From positions 25,868-77,679 of the forward strand of contig CAZGWK010000004.1 in NCBI GenBank assembly GCA_964529285.1: a DNA stretch of 51,812 nt, in the 5' to 3' direction. Below the pieces are notes generated by a model. It saw nothing but the letters and a program-made list of their open reading frames with translations, ran no database searches and had not been told where the DNA came from. The first letter of the stretch is position 1, and the number at the start of each line of letters is the position of its first letter. Both the position numbers and the translations under genes were made by a program. Below, piece after piece: positions 7,749-17,230 of this stretch. Origin of the DNA: an uncultured Actinomycetota bacterium (GTDB taxonomy: Bacteria > Actinomycetota > Geothermincolia > Geothermincolales > RBG-13-55-18).

Positions 7749-9970
7749 AGGATTCGTGGCGGCTGCGTGCGGCCGTCTGGGCGGCGGTCTCCATCTCCAT
7801 CTTCGCCCTTGCCCTGCAGGGCGTTGTCAGCCTGGGCCTGGGCCTGGCCTCCATAGTCCTGATAAGCGTGGGTTCGCTCATGAGCTGGAGGCGCAGGTAC
7901 AGGCCGAACCTGTCGGTCAAAGTGGTCATCATGGCCTTGACCTTTGCCGCCCTGGTCTCTTTCCTGCGCCAGGTCGTCCTGCAGCCTTACGACCCGCGCA
8001 TACCGCTTGCGGAACTCTTCGTCTGGGTACAGGTGCTGCACAGCTTCGACCTTCCGCGAGGCAAGGACCTGCTGCTGGCGCTGGTTAGCTCTCTCATCCT
8101 GCTCGCCCTGGCGGGTTCCTACGCTCTTTCCGCCTCCTTCGGGCTGATCATCCTGCTCTGGCTCGCGGCAGCCCTGCCGGCGCTCTACTTCATCCAGCGA
8201 TCGCGGCTGCTCGAGCTCTCGGCGGAACCCGAGAGGTCCAGGGAGGCCGGGCAGTCCGCGTGGCAGCTTACTACGGTCATGGTCATCCTGGTGGTCCTGG
8301 TTTCCATGGGCGGCCTCGCCATTGGGGCGTTTATGCCCCGTATAAACACTGCCTACCTGCGCGAACTGCCTTTCTCCATACGCAGGTCCTTCGCCTCCCC
8401 CGAAGGATACGCGTTCTCCAACCCGGCCTATCCCGACCTGCCCCTCGAGCCGCCTGCAAACGCCACGCAGATAAACCCGGAGGGCTATTTCGGTTTCGGG
8501 CCTTACCTGGACCTGCGCACGCGGGGCACGCTCGTCGACCTCCCGGTGATGAAGGTGCGGTCTACGGAACCCGCCTACTGGAGCGGCCTGTCCTTCCGGG
8601 AATACAACGGTTACGCATGGCTGGCACCGGACGAGGAGCCCAGGCGGTTGCGCGAGGCGGTGCAGCCCTTCGAGCTCGAGCACGATCCGTCCCAGGCACA
8701 CCTGGACTCGCGCACGGTCATACAGACCTACTACCTGGAGGCGGAGCAGCCAAACGTCATATTCACCTGCTTCCGGCCTGACCTGCTCTATTATCCCTCC
8801 GATTACATCTATCAGGACGAATCCGGGCTGAAGAGCCCGTTTCCCCTGGACGAAGGCCTCGTCTACAGCGTCGTCTCGCGCGGCATTTCCTCCGAGAGCA
8901 GGCTCTCGAGCTCTACGAGGGAAGTACCGGAAGGCGCCCTTGTCCCCTACCTCGAACTCCCCCCGTTGTCGCAGCGGGTGCAGGACCTCGCGCGCGAGAT
9001 CATCCCGGTGGGCGAGGGGCCTTACGCGCGCGCCCTTGCCGTCGAGGACTTCCTGAAGAGCGAGTACGAATACTCCCTGGACGTGCCCGCCCTGCCCCCC
9101 GGAGAGGATGCCGTCGACGTTTTCCTCTTCGAGCACCGCCGCGGATACTGCGAGCATTTCGCCACCGCCTACGCGGTTCTGTGCCGCATGGCCGGGATAC
9201 CTTCGCGCGTTGTGACCGGATACTCCACCGGTGACTACAACCCCTTTACGGGACTGTACGAGGTGGGGCTGGATGACGCCCACGCCTGGGTCGAGATATA
9301 CATGGAGGGCATAGGCTGGGTGACCCGCGAGCCCACCCCCGGCTTCGAGCTGCCGGAGTCCGACCGAGGTTCGGGTTCCCTGTGGGTCCTGCGGGATTTC
9401 TTCTCCTGGGTCGGCCGCAGCCTCTCGGCGCTTCTGCCCGGCCCCCTGCGCTCGGCACTGAAGGGGGGTCTCGCCGCGGTGGCCTCGGCCGCTGCGGCCC
9501 TCGCGGATGGGTTCCTCTATTCCGTAGGGGAGGCCCCCTGGCTGCTCCTCCTTCTTTTCCTGGTACTTTCGATCGTCCCCCTGGTACGCCTGGTACGGCT
9601 GCTGCGGCGCAGCAAGGGTCAACCCGCTGCGGCGCTGCACGGGCCCCTGCTCGACATGCACGACTTCCTCGCGGCACTGGATTCCCTGGGCTTGCGCCGG
9701 CGATCCAGCCAGACGGCCGGTGAATTCTTGGGGAACCTGGCCGCAATGACTCCCGGGCTGGACCTCTCCCGCGAGCTATTCCTCTTCGAGCGAGCGCGAT
9801 ACGGAGGGTCGCCCCTCGACGAAGAAGAAGCCCACCGCCTGCGGCAGGGCCTCACGGCGGCCCTTGACAGGATCAAAGCGATTGCGGCGCAACGCCCGCG
9901 CCGGCGAAGCGTCCCCGCAAGGCGCACCGGGGCCCGAACCCCTCCGCCGGGAGCGGCGCCAGGCGCCTGA
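7694..9970 (+). CDS. Multi-TM transglutaminase-like (TgpA-type) protein
   Basis: N-terminal multi-pass membrane region, catalytic motifs GYCEHFA, HAWVE and WVTREPT, and a C-terminal FERARYG motif (DUF4129-like). Confidence 0.9.
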   Translation: MPAKTIDYLRRINAPREIEDSWRLRAAVWAAVSISIFALALQGVVSLGLGLASIVLISVGSLMSWRRRYRPNLSVKVVIMALTFAALVSFLRQVVLQPYDPRIPLAELFVWVQVLHSFDLPRGKDLLLALVSSLILLALAGSYALSASFGLIILLWLAAALPALYFIQRSRLLELSAEPERSREAGQSAWQLTTVMVILVVLVSMGGLAIGAFMPRINTAYLRELPFSIRRSFASPEGYAFSNPAYPDLPLEPPANATQINPEGYFGFGPYLDLRTRGTLVDLPVMKVRSTEPAYWSGLSFREYNGYAWLAPDEEPRRLREAVQPFELEHDPSQAHLDSRTVIQTYYLEAEQPNVIFTCFRPDLLYYPSDYIYQDESGLKSPFPLDEGLVYSVVSRGISSESRLSSSTREVPEGALVPYLELPPLSQRVQDLAREIIPVGEGPYARALAVEDFLKSEYEYSLDVPALPPGEDAVDVFLFEHRRGYCEHFATAYAVLCRMAGIPSRVVTGYSTGDYNPFTGLYEVGLDDAHAWVEIYMEGIGWVTREPTPGFELPESDRGSGSLWVLRDFFSWVGRSLSALLPGPLRSALKGGLAAVASAAAALADGFLYSVGEAPWLLLLLFLVLSIVPLVRLVRLLRRSKGQPAAALHGPLLDMHDFLAALDSLGLRRRSSQTAGEFLGNLAAMTPGLDLSRELFLFERARYGGSPLDEEEAHRLRQGLTAALDRIKAIAAQRPRRRSVPARRTGARTPPPGAAPGA

Positions 9971-10041
9971 CCCGCCGTCCGGAGGGTGGTGCCATACTAA
10001 ACGGATAAACGCGCGCTAAGGGGGCTTCTCTTCCCGAAGGC

Positions 10042-11037
10042 CTAGCGCGGGATGTCTTCCTCCAGGTTCAGCTCCATCTCCTGGCTGAGCGGCCTGGGTG
10101 CATACAGGGGGCGTTTAAACAGGTTGCGCATGTCCGTCCAGGGAGAATCACCGTCGGATACCTTGAACACGACCTCGCGGAAACTGTTTACTTTGGCGTC
10201 CAGGTTGTCCACGTGGTGAAGGACTATGGCTTCCAGTGTCTTGGGGCGTTTCGGCGAGCCCCATTCCAGCTCCCCGTGATGGCTGAGCACCGCGTGGCGC
10301 AGGCGCAGCGCCAGTTCCCCGGGGAACCCCGGCAGGGCGGCTATCCGCTCCCTGATCATCTCGTCCGAGAGCATCAGGTGGCCCAGGAACCTGCCGGCAT
10401 CCGTGAAGTCGATCGCCCGATCGTATTCCAGTTCCTGGATCTTGCCGATATCGTGCAGTGCCGCGGCGGTTACAAGGAGGTCGCGGTCTATGTCGGGATA
10501 AAGGTCGCAGATCATGCGGCAAATGCGTACCGTCATGGCGGTGTGTTCCAGCAGTCCCCCCAGATAAGGATGATGGTAATTCTTGGCAGCGGGTGCGGCG
10601 GTGAACCTGCCCATGAATTCCACGTCGTTGAAAAAGGCGAACAACAGGCCTCGCAGGTGCAGGTTACGTACCTCCTCGAGTGCCACGCGCAGCTCTCCCT
10701 CCAGTTCGGCCCGGTCGGTTTCCACCACGCGCAGGAAATCGCATGCGTCCACCTCCTCTTCCCCGCAGCGCCGCAGGGAGCTAACGACGACCTGGAGCTG
10801 GTCGCGGTATTTCTCGGCCCTGCCGCTCACCGCCACGTAGTCCTTCTCCGCAAATGCGTCCTTGTAGCGGCTCGCGCCGTCCCAGAGGCGCGCGTCGACC
10901 TTGCCGCTCTTGTCGACCAGCTCCAGCGCCATGTATGGCGCTCCGGCTCTGGTCTTGCGCAGCTCCTTGCGCGCCACGATGAACGTACTTTTTACGGCCT
11001 CACCCGGCCTCAAATCCTTTATCAGCTGCTTGGGCAA
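10042..11037 (-). CDS. yhaM: OB-fold plus HD domain 3'-5' exoribonuclease (YhaM/CBF1 family)
   Basis: N-terminal OB fold, then APAAKNYHH...GGLLEHT, LHDIGKI, SHHGELEWGSP and DNLDAK. TTG 11037 follows GAGGAGG. Confidence 0.88.
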   Translation of the reverse strand: MPKQLIKDLRPGEAVKSTFIVARKELRKTRAGAPYMALELVDKSGKVDARLWDGASRYKDAFAEKDYVAVSGRAEKYRDQLQVVVSSLRRCGEEEVDACDFLRVVETDRAELEGELRVALEEVRNLHLRGLLFAFFNDVEFMGRFTAAPAAKNYHHPYLGGLLEHTAMTVRICRMICDLYPDIDRDLLVTAAALHDIGKIQELEYDRAIDFTDAGRFLGHLMLSDEMIRERIAALPGFPGELALRLRHAVLSHHGELEWGSPKRPKTLEAIVLHHVDNLDAKVNSFREVVFKVSDGDSPWTDMRNLFKRPLYAPRPLSQEMELNLEEDIPR

Positions 11038-11331
11038 ACCTGCCTCCTCAATCCTCGCCACCCCCTTATTTCTTCTTTCCCGTCCCCTCTTTCTCCTTGA
11101 TGATGGAGACAGCCGGACGAACGGCACCGCCGCTCAGCGCAGTCGGCCACGGGCTGCCTCGAGCGCATGTGATCTCGTCCAGACAGGAATCATTTCTCAC
11201 CCTCGATACCCATACTACCCGCAGGCTGTGACAAAGCGCCGGAGCCGCCGCCATGGTGTATCGCCTCGCCTCTACGCATGCGCTTGAACCCACGGAAGCC
11301 GGGAGAACGGGAGAGCCGCGCCCCCACGCGT

Positions 11332-11361
11332 TTGACACATGCCCGAAGCCCCGGATATTTT
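11332..11361 (+). promoter_or_regulatory. Putative sigma70-type promoter of the polyP operon
   Basis: TTGACA (11332-37)-N18-TATTTT (11356-61), about 100 bp upstream of the SixA-like gene. Confidence 0.45.
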
Positions 11362-11465
11362 ATATGCAGAGCCATAAGCCTTGATGGCAGGAGATATCAG
11401 GAGTTCCGGGGGTCTTGCCTGCAAGGTAGCAGTATCCAGTGTTGCCAGCGGTAGGTGAGGTTCGG

Positions 11466-11978
11466 TTGAAGATCGTTTTTCTGGTCAGACATGCCAAATC
11501 GAGCTGGAAAGACCCTTCTCTGCCCGACAGGGACAGGCCGCTCAAGAAGCGCGGAGCCAGGGACCTTGAGTTGCTGAGGCCGGCCTTGACCGCACAAGAA
11601 CACAGGCCCGAACGCGTGTTCTCCAGCGATGCCAGGAGGGCGGCGGATACCGCCACAACCCTGGCCGGGTTTTACGGCCTGAAGAAGAGCCGCGTCACTT
11701 TCTCGCATGAACTGTATGCCGCTTCCCCGGGGGAGATCCTCGATTTCATCCGCAACCGGGACGCTAAGCTACGCAGCATAATGGTGGTCGGGCACAACCC
11801 CGGGATAAGCGAAGCGGCAGACCTTCTCGGAGTTGAACCCCCGGAGGCTTGGCTGCCTACATCGGCCGTCGTCTGTTTCGGTTTCGCCGCAGATAGATGG
11901 GCCCGGCTGCGAGAGAACACCGGCGATCTGGAGTTCTACGAATATCCAAAGAAGTACAAAGAGGAGATATCGGGATAA
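11466..11978 (+). CDS. sixA: SixA-like histidine phosphatase family protein
   Basis: Motifs LVRHAKSSW, DRDRPL, SSDARRAADT and MVVGHNP. TTG 11466 follows GGTGAGG. Confidence 0.85.
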   Translation: MKIVFLVRHAKSSWKDPSLPDRDRPLKKRGARDLELLRPALTAQEHRPERVFSSDARRAADTATTLAGFYGLKKSRVTFSHELYAASPGEILDFIRNRDAKLRSIMVVGHNPGISEAADLLGVEPPEAWLPTSAVVCFGFAADRWARLRENTGDLEFYEYPKKYKEEISG

Positions 11979-14038
11979 ACAAGTACATCAACCGGGAGTT
12001 GAGCTGGCTCTCCTTCAACGAGAGGGTCCTGCAGGAGGCGGAAGACACCGCCGTACCGCTCCTGGAGAGGCTGCAGTTCCTGGGCATATTCTCATCAAAC
12101 CTGGACGAGTTCTTCAGCGTAAGGGTGGGCACGCTCAAGCGCCTCATCGCCTCGGGACAGAAACCGGCGACGCTTATCGGGGGGACGCCGAAAACGGTGC
12201 TGGAGCAGGTGTTAGAAAGGGCGAGGTGCCTGCGCGACCGCTTCGAGAAAGACCTCGCCACGGTCCTGGACGAACTGGAAAAAGAAAGCATCATCATGGT
12301 GGACGAGAAGGGCTTGAGCGCGGAGCAGGAAGAGTACTTGCAGGATTACTTCTCCGCAAAGGTCCACCCCAGGCTCATCCCCATCATGCTCGATAACGTG
12401 CATGACTTCCCTTATCTGCACAATCTCGTCATCTATCTGGCCGTCGTCATCAAGACGAGGGACAAGGGATCCGGGGAGCAGTATGCTTTGATAGAGGTCC
12501 CGGCTGACGTGCTGCCCAGGTTCAACAGGCTTCCGGGAGGCAGCGATAAAACCTACGTCATAATGCTCGATGATATGATCCGCTACGGCCTCAAGGATAT
12601 ATTTTCCATGTTCGACTCCGAGGACATATCCGCATACACCATCAAGATGACGCGCGATTCCGAGTTGGATATCGAGTCGGACATCACCACCAGCCTGTTC
12701 GAGCAGATATCGCGCTCGATCAAGAACCGCAAGTACGGGAACCCCGTCCGTTTCGTGTACGACCGTGAAATACCCGAAGGCCTCCTGGACTACATCGCCC
12801 GTAAGAACAAGCTCTCCCCCGAGATAATGATCTCCGGCGGCAGGTATCATAACGCGAGGGACATGGCGACCTTTCCGGATCTGGGCAAGCGCTTCAACAG
12901 GCTGAAATACAAACACCCCGAGCCGCTGGAGCATGCGGTATTGCGTGAGTATACCAGTTCTCTGCGGGCCATAGAAGACCAGGACGTCCTGCTTCACTTC
13001 CCCTATCAGTCCTTCCATTACATCATCGACCTGCTGCGCGAAGCCGCCATCGACAAGGACGTCGTCTCCATCAAGATGACGCTGTACCGCGTCGCAGATG
13101 AATCGCAAGTGGTCAACGCCCTGATAAACGCCAGAAGAAACGGCAAGGAAGTCACCGTGGTCGTGGAGCTCCAGGCCCGTTTCGACGAGGAAGCGAACAT
13201 CCAGTGGACTGAGCGCCTGATCGAAGAGGGCGCGAACGTCATCCCGGAAATACCCGGAGTAAAGGTACACTGCAAATTACTGCTGATAACGCGCAAGGAA
13301 AAGAGGGGGTTCAAGCATTATGCGGGTCTCAGCACGGGGAACTTCAACGAATCCACCGCCAGGATATACGCCGACCACGCGCTGCTCACCAGCGACCCCA
13401 GGATCACCTGCGAAGCAGGGAATCTCTTCGAGTTCCTGGAGAACAGCTTCAAATCCTTTAATTACCGCCACCTTCTCGTCTCCCCCTTCAACATGACCAA
13501 GCAGCTGTATAAACACATAAAGAACGAGGTGAAGAACGCCCAGGAGGGGAAAGAAGCCTATATCTACGCCAAGCTCAACAGCTTCTCGCACAAGAAGACC
13601 ATCAACAGGCTCTACCGGGCCAACGATGCCGGGGTCAACATCAAGATGGTCAACCGCGGCATCTGCTGCCTCTTGCCCGGCGTAGAGGGCCTGAGCGAGA
13701 ATATCGAGGTGATCAGCATCGTGGACAAGTATCTGGAGCACTCACGCATCATTGTCTTCTGCAACGACAACGACCCCCTGGTCTTCATAGCCTCCGCCGA
13801 CTGGATGACGAGGAATTTCGAACGCCGCATCGAGGTGGGGGTCCCCATATACGACGCGAAGATAAAAACGGAGCTGATCGACTACCTCAAGATCCAGCTG
13901 AGCGACAACGTGAAAGCGAGGATCATCAACGAGGGCCAGGACAACAGCGAGAGAAACGTGACGGGTAAGAAGAAGCTGAGGGCCCAGGACGCGATATACG
14001 GATACCTGGAGGACAAGCTGCGCAGCGGCAAGGGGTAG
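11975..14038 (+). CDS. ppk1: Polyphosphate kinase 1
   Basis: Motifs INRELSWLSFNERVL, SSNLDEFF, LLHFPYQSF, ELQARFDEEANI, KVHCK (phospho-His) and YLEHSR. The probable start is ATA 11975; the ORF-track ATG 11897 lies inside sixA. Confidence 0.96.
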   Translation: MNKYINRELSWLSFNERVLQEAEDTAVPLLERLQFLGIFSSNLDEFFSVRVGTLKRLIASGQKPATLIGGTPKTVLEQVLERARCLRDRFEKDLATVLDELEKESIIMVDEKGLSAEQEEYLQDYFSAKVHPRLIPIMLDNVHDFPYLHNLVIYLAVVIKTRDKGSGEQYALIEVPADVLPRFNRLPGGSDKTYVIMLDDMIRYGLKDIFSMFDSEDISAYTIKMTRDSELDIESDITTSLFEQISRSIKNRKYGNPVRFVYDREIPEGLLDYIARKNKLSPEIMISGGRYHNARDMATFPDLGKRFNRLKYKHPEPLEHAVLREYTSSLRAIEDQDVLLHFPYQSFHYIIDLLREAAIDKDVVSIKMTLYRVADESQVVNALINARRNGKEVTVVVELQARFDEEANIQWTERLIEEGANVIPEIPGVKVHCKLLLITRKEKRGFKHYAGLSTGNFNESTARIYADHALLTSDPRITCEAGNLFEFLENSFKSFNYRHLLVSPFNMTKQLYKHIKNEVKNAQEGKEAYIYAKLNSFSHKKTINRLYRANDAGVNIKMVNRGICCLLPGVEGLSENIEVISIVDKYLEHSRIIVFCNDNDPLVFIASADWMTRNFERRIEVGVPIYDAKIKTELIDYLKIQLSDNVKARIINEGQDNSERNVTGKKKLRAQDAIYGYLEDKLRSGKG

Positions 14039-14048
14039 TGAACCAGGC

Positions 14049-15554
14049 ATGAAGCCATTCTATTTCCGAACCGATGACGACAGATCACGGGCTTTCGCGC
14101 TGCTGGTCGAGGAGAGGTTCGAGGTGGAGCGAGGTCCTTCCTGTGTGGCGCCGGTCACGCTTTACGACACCTTCGACTGGAGATTGTACAGGAAGGGGTG
14201 TTTTGCTTATGCGGTGAAGGGCTCGTTCAATATCCAGGGGTCGAACGACCAGTCGCCGTTTATCACGTGTGCGCTCGAGAGCGTGCCCAGGTTCTGGTGG
14301 GAGTGCGAGGAGGAACGCCTGCGCGGATTCCTGGAAGACATCACGGGCATAAGGGCTCTCCTGCCGCTGGCAACGTTCGAGCTTCGCGAACAGCAATACC
14401 TGGCGAGAAACGAGGACGTAAAGATCGTGAGCCGGTTCTCGCTCCTGACCCACGCCGCACGCGGCAACGGTTCGCAGTCATACCTGTTCGTGAAACCCCT
14501 CAAGGGCTATCCGGAAGAGCGGGACCTCCTCCTGGCAGCGGCCGGGGAATCGGCCATGCAGGAGCTTCCGCACCCGCTAATGGAAGAGCTAATGCTCGCA
14601 GCCTGGATCCATCCCGGGGATTACAGCTCCAAGCTCGACGTACGCCTGAACAGGGGGCAGACCGTTACCGAAGCAGCCCTGGTCATCCTCAAACACCTTC
14701 TTTCCACCATCAGGTCCAACGTCCCCGGCATCATCAAGGATTACGATACCGAGTTCCTGCACGACTTTCGCGTGGCCACGCGAAGGAGCAGGGCCTGCCT
14801 TTCCCAGGTCAAGGAGGCCTTCCCGCCAGAGGCAAGGAGGAAATACAACGCTGACTTCAAGAGGACAGCCAAGGAGTGCAACCTGCTGAGGGACCTCGAC
14901 GTATATCTCCTCGACAAGCAGCGTTACTACGATATGCTGCCGGAACACCTGCGCGCGGGGCTGGACCGCTATTTCATGCACATACAGCGCAGAAGAAACA
15001 GCCAGCAGAAACGGTTCGCAGGTTTCCTTCGCACGGAGGCTTTCCGTTCGGCCCTGGACGACTGGGAGGCGTTCCTGGAAAACCCGCAGCTGCCGTCAGC
15101 AAGCCCCCCGGCGTTCGAGATCGCAAGGTCGCGCATCAGCGCCAGCTTCGCGAAGATAATAAAACGGGGGCGCAAGATCACGGATGCATCCCCCGATGAA
15201 GGCCTGCACAGGCTGCGCATAGAGTGCAAGAGGCTGCGCTACCTCCTCGAGTTCTTCGCGTCGCTGTTCCCGCGCAAAAAGACGGAGAGCCTTATCGGGC
15301 ATCTCAAGGGTCTCCAGGACGACCTGGGCGAGTTCAACGACCTCACTATGCAGCAGATCAATCTCAATGCCTATCTGGAACGCGCAGAGAGCAGCCTGCA
15401 GAAAAGCCGGCTGGAGGCGGCGGCGATAGGCGGCCTCGTCGCCATGCTCCACGAGCGCCAGGGCGAAGTCAGAGAGGGTTTTTACCGCAGTTTCGCGGAT
15501 TTCGATTCCAAGCAGGTACACGCGATATGCGAGGAGCTTTTCGGGAAAGGGTAA
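14049..15554 (+). CDS. CHAD-domain polyphosphate-binding protein with N-terminal CYTH-like region
   Basis: CHAD motifs LHDFRVATRR, LRDLDV, LHRLRIECKRLRYLLEFF and LQDDLGEFND. The N-terminal LYDTFDWRL resembles the CYTH YxDT motif. Confidence 0.9.
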   Translation: MKPFYFRTDDDRSRAFALLVEERFEVERGPSCVAPVTLYDTFDWRLYRKGCFAYAVKGSFNIQGSNDQSPFITCALESVPRFWWECEEERLRGFLEDITGIRALLPLATFELREQQYLARNEDVKIVSRFSLLTHAARGNGSQSYLFVKPLKGYPEERDLLLAAAGESAMQELPHPLMEELMLAAWIHPGDYSSKLDVRLNRGQTVTEAALVILKHLLSTIRSNVPGIIKDYDTEFLHDFRVATRRSRACLSQVKEAFPPEARRKYNADFKRTAKECNLLRDLDVYLLDKQRYYDMLPEHLRAGLDRYFMHIQRRRNSQQKRFAGFLRTEAFRSALDDWEAFLENPQLPSASPPAFEIARSRISASFAKIIKRGRKITDASPDEGLHRLRIECKRLRYLLEFFASLFPRKKTESLIGHLKGLQDDLGEFNDLTMQQINLNAYLERAESSLQKSRLEAAAIGGLVAMLHERQGEVREGFYRSFADFDSKQVHAICEELFGKG

Positions 15555-15555
15555 A

Positions 15556-16302
15556 GTGCGCGTAATCTCCCTATACAGCATAAAGGGCGGCGTGGGCAAA
15601 ACCACCGCTGCGGTCAATTTTGCATATCTGAACGCCGCGGGAGGAAGGAGAACGCTGCTGTGCGACCTCGACCCCCAGGCGTCGGCGTCGTTCTACTTCC
15701 GCATCAAGCCCCGGGTCGGGCAGAGCGCGAAGATGATGGTTTCCTCGGGCGGCAAGGCCGCAGGATTTATCAGAGCAACCGATTACGAAAACCTCCATCT
15801 TCTGCCTTCGGATATATCCTTTCGCAAGCTGGATATACGGATCGACAGGGCCAAGCACTCCAAGAAAGCCTTGCAGTACGCCCTGCGGCAGTTCGACGAG
15901 GACTATGATACCCTCTTCATCGACTCCCCCCCGAACATCACCATGCTCTCGGAAAACATCTTCCGGGTTTCGGACATACTGCTCGTGCCGGTTATTCCCA
16001 CCACTCTCTCCAGGCGGACCCTGGAGCAGCTGCGCGCTTTCCTCTCGAGACAGGAAATACGCGTCGAACACGTTATCCCCTTCTTCTCGATGGTCGACGC
16101 GAGAAAGAGCCTGCACAGGCAGATGATGGAAGAGCTTTGGAGCGCCCAGCCGGATTTTCTGAAGCATTACATACCCTATCGTTCCGAGATCGAGAGAATG
16201 GGGATCTTCCGGGCTCCACTTCCCGCGGTGCGTCCGGGGAGCGAAAGCGCCAGGGGGATCGCGTTGTTGTGGCAGGAGATATTGGAAAGGGCGCCGGTTT
16301 GA
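15556..16302 (+). CDS. Orphan ParA/MinD-family ATPase
   Basis: Deviant Walker A KGGVGKTT, plus DLDPQ and IDSPP. There is no adjacent parB, and it starts 1 bp after the CHAD stop. Confidence 0.9.
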   Translation: MRVISLYSIKGGVGKTTAAVNFAYLNAAGGRRTLLCDLDPQASASFYFRIKPRVGQSAKMMVSSGGKAAGFIRATDYENLHLLPSDISFRKLDIRIDRAKHSKKALQYALRQFDEDYDTLFIDSPPNITMLSENIFRVSDILLVPVIPTTLSRRTLEQLRAFLSRQEIRVEHVIPFFSMVDARKSLHRQMMEELWSAQPDFLKHYIPYRSEIERMGIFRAPLPAVRPGSESARGIALLWQEILERAPV

Positions 16303-16305
16303 ACC

Positions 16306-17217
16306 ATGGAGATCGAAAAGAAGTTTCTGCTCAAAGAACTGCCGGGAAAGCTGTATGGTTATCCGTCCGTGTTCATAGAACAGGGATACATCGTCATAAC
16401 CGCGAACGAGGAGCTCCGCATAAGAAAAGGGAACGGTGCGCATATATTGACCTTCAAGAAAGGCACGGGAACGACGAGGCACGAGATCGAGATCGGCATA
16501 TCCGAGGAACAGTACGATGAGTTCAAACCGTGCGTCGTCGGTACACCGATATCGAAAACGAGAGTCAAATATCCCTATAGGGAACATACGATAGAGATAG
16601 ACGTCTACAAGGGGGGCCTGGAGGGCTTGATCACGGCCGAGGTGGAGTTCTCCTCGCCGCACGACATGCAGGAGTTCTCCCCGCCCTCCTGGTTCGGAGA
16701 GGACGTCTCGCTTGATGATGATTTTAAAAACAAGAACCTGGCGTTGCAGGGCTTTCCCGCATCCCTTCTCCGCAAGTGGAAAGAAACGGGCAGGCCCCCC
16801 TGGCACTTCAGGCAGTCCGGGGTCGTCCCATACCGCCATGCGGAAGCAGGCTGCGAGGTCCTGCTCGTCACCACGCGAAGATCGGGCAAGTGGGTGATCC
16901 CGAAGGGCATCGTCGAGCCCGACCTCTCGCCAGTGGACTCCGCCAGGAAGGAAGCCCTCGAAGAGGCGGGCGTTCGCGGAACCGTCTGCGAGGAGATAGA
17001 AGAGTCGTATTCCTACGACAAGTGGGGCGGACGATGCGAGGTCGAGATCTTCCCGCTCCGGGTGAGCGAGCAGCTCACAAGCTGGCCAGAAGGCGCTATC
17101 CGCCAGCGGGAATGGGTGCCGCAAGGACATCTAGACGAGTATCTAGAAAACGAGGGGTTGAGGGAGGCGGTTTTACGCATATTGCATCGGCTTCCAGAGA
17201 TCGCAGAACGAAGCTAG
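16306..17217 (+). CDS. CYTH domain-Nudix hydrolase fusion
   Basis: N-terminal MEIEKKFL (ExExK), IEQGY, KTR and AEVEF. C-terminal [18 protein letters not shown]...[10 protein letters not shown] (Nudix box, DIPP/Ddp1-like). Confidence 0.88.
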   Translation: MEIEKKFLLKELPGKLYGYPSVFIEQGYIVITANEELRIRKGNGAHILTFKKGTGTTRHEIEIGISEEQYDEFKPCVVGTPISKTRVKYPYREHTIEIDVYKGGLEGLITAEVEFSSPHDMQEFSPPSWFGEDVSLDDDFKNKNLALQGFPASLLRKWKETGRPPWHFRQSGVVPYRHAEAGCEVLLVTTRRSGKWVIPKGIVEPDLSPVDSARKEALEEAGVRGTVCEEIEESYSYDKWGGRCEVEIFPLRVSEQLTSWPEGAIRQREWVPQGHLDEYLENEGLREAVLRILHRLPEIAERS

Positions 17218-17230
17218 CACAGGAGTTGTT

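Noticed and set aside
7718-9661. 647-aa minus-strand ORF
   Set aside because: Antisense shadow of the transglutaminase gene.
11239-11354. Minus-strand irregular hairpin containing GTGGGTTCAAG (6S RNA-like word)
   Set aside because: Pairing relies on many G-U pairs in GC-rich DNA and there is no symmetric central bubble. Part of it is better explained as the plus-strand TTGACA promoter.
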